DNA from: the human T2T-CHM13v2.0 reference genome, Homo sapiens
Assembly (NCBI RefSeq): GCF_009914755.1
Contig: NC_060948.1
Reading direction: 5' to 3' (one strand)
Length of the DNA stretch: 64,000 nt
The notes under the pieces were generated by a model. It searched no databases and was not told the origin of the DNA. It saw only the letters and a list, made by a program, of their open reading frames with translations. Shown here one piece after another: positions 57,139-64,000 of this stretch (the first letter of the stretch is position 1; every line of letters begins with the position of its first letter). A program made the position numbers and the translations under genes.

Positions 57139-60100
57139 GAATCGCAAGGAATTGATGTGAACGGAACGGAATGGAATGGAATCCAAAGGAATGGAATAGA
57201 ATGGAATGGAATCGAATGGAAAGGACTCGAATGGAAATCACTCGAATAGAATGCAATTTAATAAAATAGGATCAAATGTAATGGAATGGAATGGAAAGGA
57301 ATCGAAACGAAAGGAATGGAGACAGATGGAATGGAATGGAACAGAGAGCAATGGTATAGAATGGAATGGAATCATCTGGAATGGAATTGAATGGAATGGA
57401 ATAATATGAAATGGAATGGAATGGAATGGAATGGAATGCCCTTGAATTAAATGGACTGGAATGGAATGGACTCAAACAGAGTGGAATGGAAAGTGTGGAG
57501 GTAGAATGGAATGAACTCCTTTGGAATGGACTAGTAGGCAATGCAATCGACTGGCAGGGAATCAAAAGGAATGTAATCGAATGGATTGGACTGGAATGCA
57601 ATGGACTCGAATAGATTGGAAACGGAATGCAAAGAATGGAATGGAATAGTATGGAATGGAATGGAAAGGAATGGAGTGGAATAGACTAGAGTGGAATGGA
57701 ATGGACTGGAAAGCAATGGACTGGAATGGAACTTTCTTGAATGGACTGGAATCAAACGGAATGGAATGCAATGCAATCAAATGGCATGGAATAAAATAGA
57801 ATGAAAGAGAATCAAATGGAATTGAATCGAATGGAATCGAATGGATTGGAAAGGAATAGAATGGAATGGAATGGAATTGACTCAAATGGAATGGACTAGA
57901 ATGGAATGGATTCGAATGGAAGGCAAAGGAATGGAATCTATTGGAATGGACTGTAATGGAATGGAATGGAAGGGATTGGAATGGACTCGAATGGAATGGA
58001 CTGCAATAGAAAGGATTCGAATGGAATGAAAAAGAATTGAATGGAATAGAACAGAATGGAATCAAATCGAATGAAATGGAATGGAATAGAAAGGAATGGA
58101 ATGAAATGGAATGGAAAGGATTCGAATGGAATGCAATCGAATGGAATGGAATCGAACGGAATGGAATAAAATGGAAGAAAACTGGCAAGAAATGGAATCG
58201 AAATGAATGGAGTGTTATGGAACGGACTCAAAAGGAATTGAATGTAATAGAATGGAGTGGAGTGGACTCGAATATAATGGACTGGAATGGAATGAAATCA
58301 CATGGAATGGGAACGAATGGAATGGAATGGAAAGGAATGGAATCGAATGGAAAGGAATCGAATGGAAGGGAATGAAATTGAATCAACAGGAATGGAAGGG
58401 AATAGAATAGACGGTAATGGAATGGACTCGAATAGAATGGACACGAATGCTCAAATTAAATGGACTCGAATGGAATGGAAACGAAAGGAATGTCATCGAA
58501 TGGAATTGAATCGATTGGAATGAAATCGCATAGAATGGAGTGGAATCAAATGGAATTGAATCGAAAGGAAAGGAAGCGAATGGACTGAAATGAAATGGAA
58601 TGGAATTGAATGGAAAGTAATGCAATGGAATAGAATGGAACGAAATTTCACGGAATGGAATCAAACTGAATGGAATCAAATCAATGGAATCAAATCAAAT
58701 GGAATGGAAAGGAATTGAATGGAGTAGATGGGATTGGATGGGATTGGAATGAAATGTACTGGAAAGGACTCGAATTTCATGAAACGGAATGGAATGAATA
58801 GGAAAGGAATGGACTCGAATGGAATGGAATGTCATGGGATGGCATCAAACGGAATGGCATCAAATGGAATGGAATCGAATGCAATGGAATGCTATGGAAT
58901 GGAATGGAATGCATTGGAATGGAATGTCCTCTAATGGAATGGATTCGAGTGGAATGGAATCGAATATAATGGAGTCGAATGAAATGGAATTGAAAGGAAT
59001 GGGATCGAATACAATGGAATATACTGGAATGTAACGTAATGAACTCGAATGTAATTGACTGGAATGGAATGTACATGAATGGAATGTAATCGAATGGAAA
59101 GTAATCCAATGGAATAGAATCTAATGCAATAAAATCGACTCAGATAGAGTAGAATGTAATGGAATGGAGTGCAGTGCAATGGAATGGAATGGAATGGAAT
59201 GCAATGGAATGGAATGGAATGGAATGGGATGGAATGGTATGGAATGGATAGTAATGGACTGGAGTGAAATGGACTGGAAAGGAATGGACTCAAATTGAAA
59301 GGGCACGAAAGGAATGGAGTCAAATGGAATGGTCTGGAATGGAATGAACACGAATGTAATGCAACCCAATAGAATGGAATCGAATGGCATGGAATATAAA
59401 GAAATGGAATCGAAGAGAATGGAAACAAATGGAATGGAATTGAATGGAATGGGAACGAATGGAGTGAAATTGTATGCAGTAGAAGTGAATAGAATGGAAT
59501 GCAAGCGAAAGGAAAGGAATGGATTGGAATGGAATGGAATTCATTGGAATGGAAGGGAATGTAGTGTAATGGACAGGCCTGGAATAAAGTGGAATGCTAC
59601 GGTCTCGAATGGAATAAAAATGTATGGAATGGAATGCAATGAAACGGAATCGAATGTCATAGAATGTAATGGAATGCAAAAAAATGGAATCCAAAATCAT
59701 TGACTGGAAAGGCTGGGTGTCGAAAGGAATTGACTCCAATGGAATGGAATCGAATGGAATGGAAGTGAATAGAATCGAACTAAATCGAATGGAATGGAAT
59801 TGATAGGAACGGAATGGAAAGGAATGCAATGATTTGGCATGGAATGGAATCGAATGGCATCGAATGGAATGGAATGGAATGCAATGGAATGGAATGTATT
59901 AGAATGGAATGAACTTTAATGGAATGTACTCGAATGGATTCGACTGGAATGGAATGTTCTGGAAGTGAATGGACTCCAATGGAATGGATTCAAAAGGAAT
60001 GGAATCGTACGGAATGGAATCTAATGGAATGGAATTAAATGGAAATGAATCAAATTGAATAGCACGGAATTGAATTGAATGGAATGGAATGCAATGGAAT

Positions 60101-60681
60101 CTAATGAAACGGAAAGGAAAGGAATGGAATGGAATGGAATGGGCTGGAATGGAAAGGAATCGAAACGAATGGAATGGAATCGAACTGAAGAGACTGGAAT
60201 GGAATGCACTGGAATGGAAGGGAGTGTAATGGAAGGTTCTCGAAAAAAATGGAATCGAATGGAATGGAATTGAATGGAACGGAATAGAGTCGAATGGAAT
60301 TGAATGGAATGGAATGGACTAGAGTGAAATGGAATCGAACCACAAGGAATGGACAGGAATAGAATGGTCTCGAATTGAATGGAATCGTATGGAATGGCAT
60401 CAAACGGAATGGAATGGACAGCCACGGAATGGAATGCACTCGAATGCAATGAAGTCGAAACTAACGGACTGGAATAGAATGGACTCGACTGGTACGGACT
60501 CCAATGGAATGGAATCGAATGGAAGGGAATCGAACGGAGGGGAATCGAACGGAATGGACTCGAAGGGAAAAGACTGCAATGGAAAGGTCTCGAATGGAAT
60601 GGAAATTAATGGAATGGAATGGAATCGAATGAAATGGAGTCAAAAGGAATAGAATCGAATGGCAAGAAATCGAATGTAATG
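57139..60681 (+). repeat. DYZ1 unit 17 (3543 bp; subtype X with short back)
   Basis: X markers; -1, -20 and -15; back half shares markers with unit 15. Confidence 0.9.
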
Positions 60682-63600
60682 GAATCGCAAGGAATTGATG
60701 TGAACGGAACGGAATGGAATGGAATCCAAAGGAATGGAATAGAATGGAATGGAATCGAATGGAAAGGACTCGAATGGAAATCACTCGAATAGAATGCAAT
60801 TTAATAAAATAGGATCAAATGTAATGGAATGGAATGGAAAGGAATCGAAACGAAAGGAATGGAGACAGATGGAATGGAATGGAACAGAGAGCAATGGTAT
60901 AGAATGGAATGGAATCATCTGGAATGGAATTGAATGGAATGGAATAATATGAAATGGAATGGAATGGAATGGAATGGAATGGAATGCCCTTGAATTAAAT
61001 GGACTGGAATGGAATGGACTCAAACAGAGTGGAATGGAAAGTGTGGAGGTAGAATGGAATGAACTCCTTTGGAATGGACTAGTAGGCAATGCAATCGACT
61101 GGCAGGGAATCAAAAGGAATGTAATCGAATGGATTGGACTGGAATGCAATGGACTCGAATAGATTGGAAACGGAATGCAAAGAATGGAATGGAATAGTAT
61201 GGAATGGAATGGAAAGGAATGGAGTGGAATAGACTAGAGTGGAATGGAATGGACTGGAAAGCAATGGACTGGAATGGAACTTTCTTGAATGGACTGGAAT
61301 CAAACGGAATGGAATGCAATGCAATCAAATGGCATGGAATAAAATAGAATGAAAGAGAATCAAATGGAATTGAATCGAATGGAATCGAATGGATTGGAAA
61401 GGAATAGAATGGAATGGAATGGAATTGACTCAAATGGAATGGACTAGAATGGAATGGATTCGAATGGAAGGCAAAGGAATGGAATCTATTGGAATGGACT
61501 GTAATGGAATGGAATGGAAGGGATTGGAATGGACTCGAATGGAATGGACTGCAATAGAAAGGATTCGAATGGAATGAAAAAGAATTGAATGGAATAGAAC
61601 AGAATGGAATCAAATCGAATGAAATGGAATGGAATAGAAAGGAATGGAATGAAATGGAATGGAAAGGATTCGAATGGAATGCAATCGAATGGAATGGAAT
61701 CGAACGGAATGGAATAAAATGGAAGAAAACTGGCAAGAAATGGAATCGAAATGAATGGAGTGTTATGGAACGGACTCAAAAGGAATTGAATGTAATAGAA
61801 TGGAGTGGAGTGGACTCGAATATAATGGACTGGAATGGAATGAAATCACATGGAATGGGAACGAATGGAATGGAATGGAAAGGAATGGAATCGAATGGAA
61901 AGGAATCGAATGGAAGGGAATGAAATTGAATCAACACGAATGGAAGGGAATAGAATAGACGGTAATGGAATGGACTCGAATAGAATGGACACGAATGCTC
62001 AAATTAAATGGACTCGAATGGAATGGAAACGAAAGGAATGTCATCGAATGGAATTGAATCGATTGGAATGAAATCGCATAGAATGGAGTGGAATCAAATG
62101 GAATTGAATCGAAAGGAAAGGAAGCGAATGGACTGAAATGAAATGGAATGGAATTGAATGGAAAGTAATGCAATGGAATAGAATGGAACGAAATTTCACG
62201 GAATGGAATCAAACTGAATGGAATCAAATCAATGGAATCAAATCAAATGGAATGGAAAGGAATTGAATGGAGTAGATGGGATTGGATGGGATTGGAATGA
62301 AATGTACTGGAAAGGACTCGAATTTCATGAAACGGAATGGAATGAATTGGAAAGGAATGGACTCGAATGGAATGGAATGTCATGGGATGGCATCAAATGG
62401 AATGGCATCAAATGGAATGGAATCGAATGCAATGGAATGCTATGGAATGGAATGGAATGCATTGGAATGGAATGTCCTCTAATGGAATGGATTCGAGTGG
62501 AATGGAATTGAATATAATGGAGTCGAATGAAATGGAATTGAAAGGAATGGGATCGAATACAATGGAATATACTGGAATGTAACGTAATGAACTCGAATGT
62601 AATTGACTGGAATGGAATGTACATGAATGGAATGTAATCGAATGGAAAGTAATCCAATGGAATAGAATCTAATGCAATAAAATCGACTCAGATAGAGTAG
62701 AATGTAATGGAATGGAGTGCAGTGCAATGGAATGGAATGGAATGGAATGCAATGGAATGGAATGGAATGGAATGGAATGGAATGGAATGGGATGGAATGG
62801 TATGGAATGGATAGTAATGGACTGGAGTGAAATGGACTGGAAAGGAATGGACTCAAATTGAAAGGGCTCGAAAGGAATGGAGTCAAATGGAATGGTCTGG
62901 AATGGAATGAACACGAATGTAATGCAACCCAATAGAATGGAATCGAATGGCATGGAATATAAAGAAATGGAATCGAAGAGAATGGAAACAAATGGAATGG
63001 AATTGAATGGAATGGAATTGAATGGAATGGGAACGAATGGAGTGAAATTGTATGCAGTAGAAGAGAATAGAATGGAATGCAAGCGAAAGGAAAGGAATGG
63101 ATTGGAATGGAATGGAATTCATTGGAATGGAAGGGAATGTAGTGTAATGGACAGGCCTGGAATAAAGTGGAATGCTACGGTCTCGAATGGAATAAAAATG
63201 TATGGAATGGAATGCAATGAAACGGAATCGAATGTCATAGAATGTAATGGAATGCAAAAAAATGGAATCCAAAATCATTGACTGGAAAGGCTGGGTGTCG
63301 AAAGGAATTGACTCCAATGGAATGGAATCGAATGGAATGGAAGTGAATAGAATCGAACTAAATCGAATGGAATGGAATTGATAGGAACGGAATGGAAAGG
63401 AATGCAATGATTTGGCATGGAATGGAATCGAATGGCATCGAATGGAATGGAATGGAATGCAATGGAATGGAATGTATTAGAATGTAATGAACTTTAATGG
63501 AATGTACTCGAATGGATTCGACTGGAATGGAATGTTCTGGAAGTGAATGGACTCCAATGGAATGGATTCAAAAGGAATGGAATCGTACGGAATGGAATCT

Positions 63601-64000
63601 AATGGAATGGAATTAAATGGAAATGAATCAAATTGAATAGCACGGAATTGAATTGAATGGAATGGAATGCAATGGAATCTAATGAAACGGAAAGGAAAGG
63701 AATGGAATGGAATGGAATGGGCTGGAATGGAAAGGAATCGAAACGAATGGAATGGAATCGAACTGAAGAGACTGGAATGGAATGCACTGGAATGGAAGGG
63801 AGTGTAATGGAAGGTTCTCGAAAAAAATGGAATCGAATGGAATGGAATTGAATGGAACGGAATAGAGTCGAATGGAATTGAATGGAATGGAATGGACTAG
63901 AGTGAAATGGAATCGAACCACAAGGAATGGACAGGAATAGAATGGTCTCGAATTGAATGGAATCGTATGGAATGGCATCAAACGGAATGGAATGGACAGC
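60682..64000 (+). repeat. DYZ1 unit 18 (partial; X front, long-type back)
   Basis: X markers with +5 and -1; 7-pentamer tract, duplicated 15-mer, gggctcgaa, gaagagaata. Truncated by the window end. Confidence 0.9.

Larger units (their letters stand above)
1..64000 (+). repeat. DYZ1: Human satellite III (HSat3) array, DYZ1 family (Yq12 heterochromatin); degenerate (GGAAT)n with ~3.58 kb higher-order unit
   Basis: Continuous degenerate GGAAT pentamers (CGAAT, GGACT, GCAAT, TGAAT variants). Landmark sequences and the ORF track recur every 3529-3584 bp. One GAATTC per unit and one GGCC in 16 of 18 units, matching the classic ~3.4-3.6 kb male-specific HaeIII/EcoRI repeat. Confidence 0.97.

Noticed and set aside
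68-63851. Short plus-strand MEWNG-repeat ORFs
   Set aside because: Direct translation of (GGAAT)n; low complexity; stops are gained and lost freely among units.
1-64000. CRISPR-like or prokaryotic repeat-spacer system
   Set aside because: No unique spacers and no cas-like genes; the sequence is a continuous eukaryotic satellite.
1-64000. DYZ2/HSat1B block, Alu or L1 insertion, or strand inversion
   Set aside because: No AT-rich or Alu-like interruption and no switch to CATTC on the + strand. Unit spacing leaves no room for an insertion.

Overview
The whole 64 kb window is one uninterrupted, single-orientation block of human satellite III (HSat3), with GGAAT on + and CATTC on -. It is organised as about 17.9 tandem copies of a ~3.58 kb higher-order unit. 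The unit size, one EcoRI site and usually one HaeIII site per unit, and segments matching the classic Y-specific PCR primers (recalled from memory) identify it as DYZ1 of Yq12 heterochromatin. Unit starts are 1, 3580, 7109, 10688, 14272, 17856, 21440, 25019, 28598, 32182, 35761, 39340, 42924, 46468, 50047, 53591, 57139 and 60682; complete units are 3529-3584 bp. I see no credible protein-coding gene, RNA gene, transposon, DYZ2/Alu block or inversion. All listed ORFs are translation artefacts of the pentamer. The signal worth following is in the variation between units: (1) three in-register heat-shock-element positions per unit, one invariant and two switched on or off by subtype SNVs, giving 1-3 perfect HSEs per unit; (2) a tight cluster of private transversions and GG>TT / GA>TT doublets in unit 16, resembling Pol zeta/REV1 error-prone synthesis; (3) a nascent super-repeat of unit subtypes with a recent one-unit duplication, chimeric units and a subfamily switch near 53.3 kb. 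Variants were read by eye, not from a computed alignment. Subtype letters (A, B, C, E, L, S, X) are my own labels. I did not find a novel gene system.
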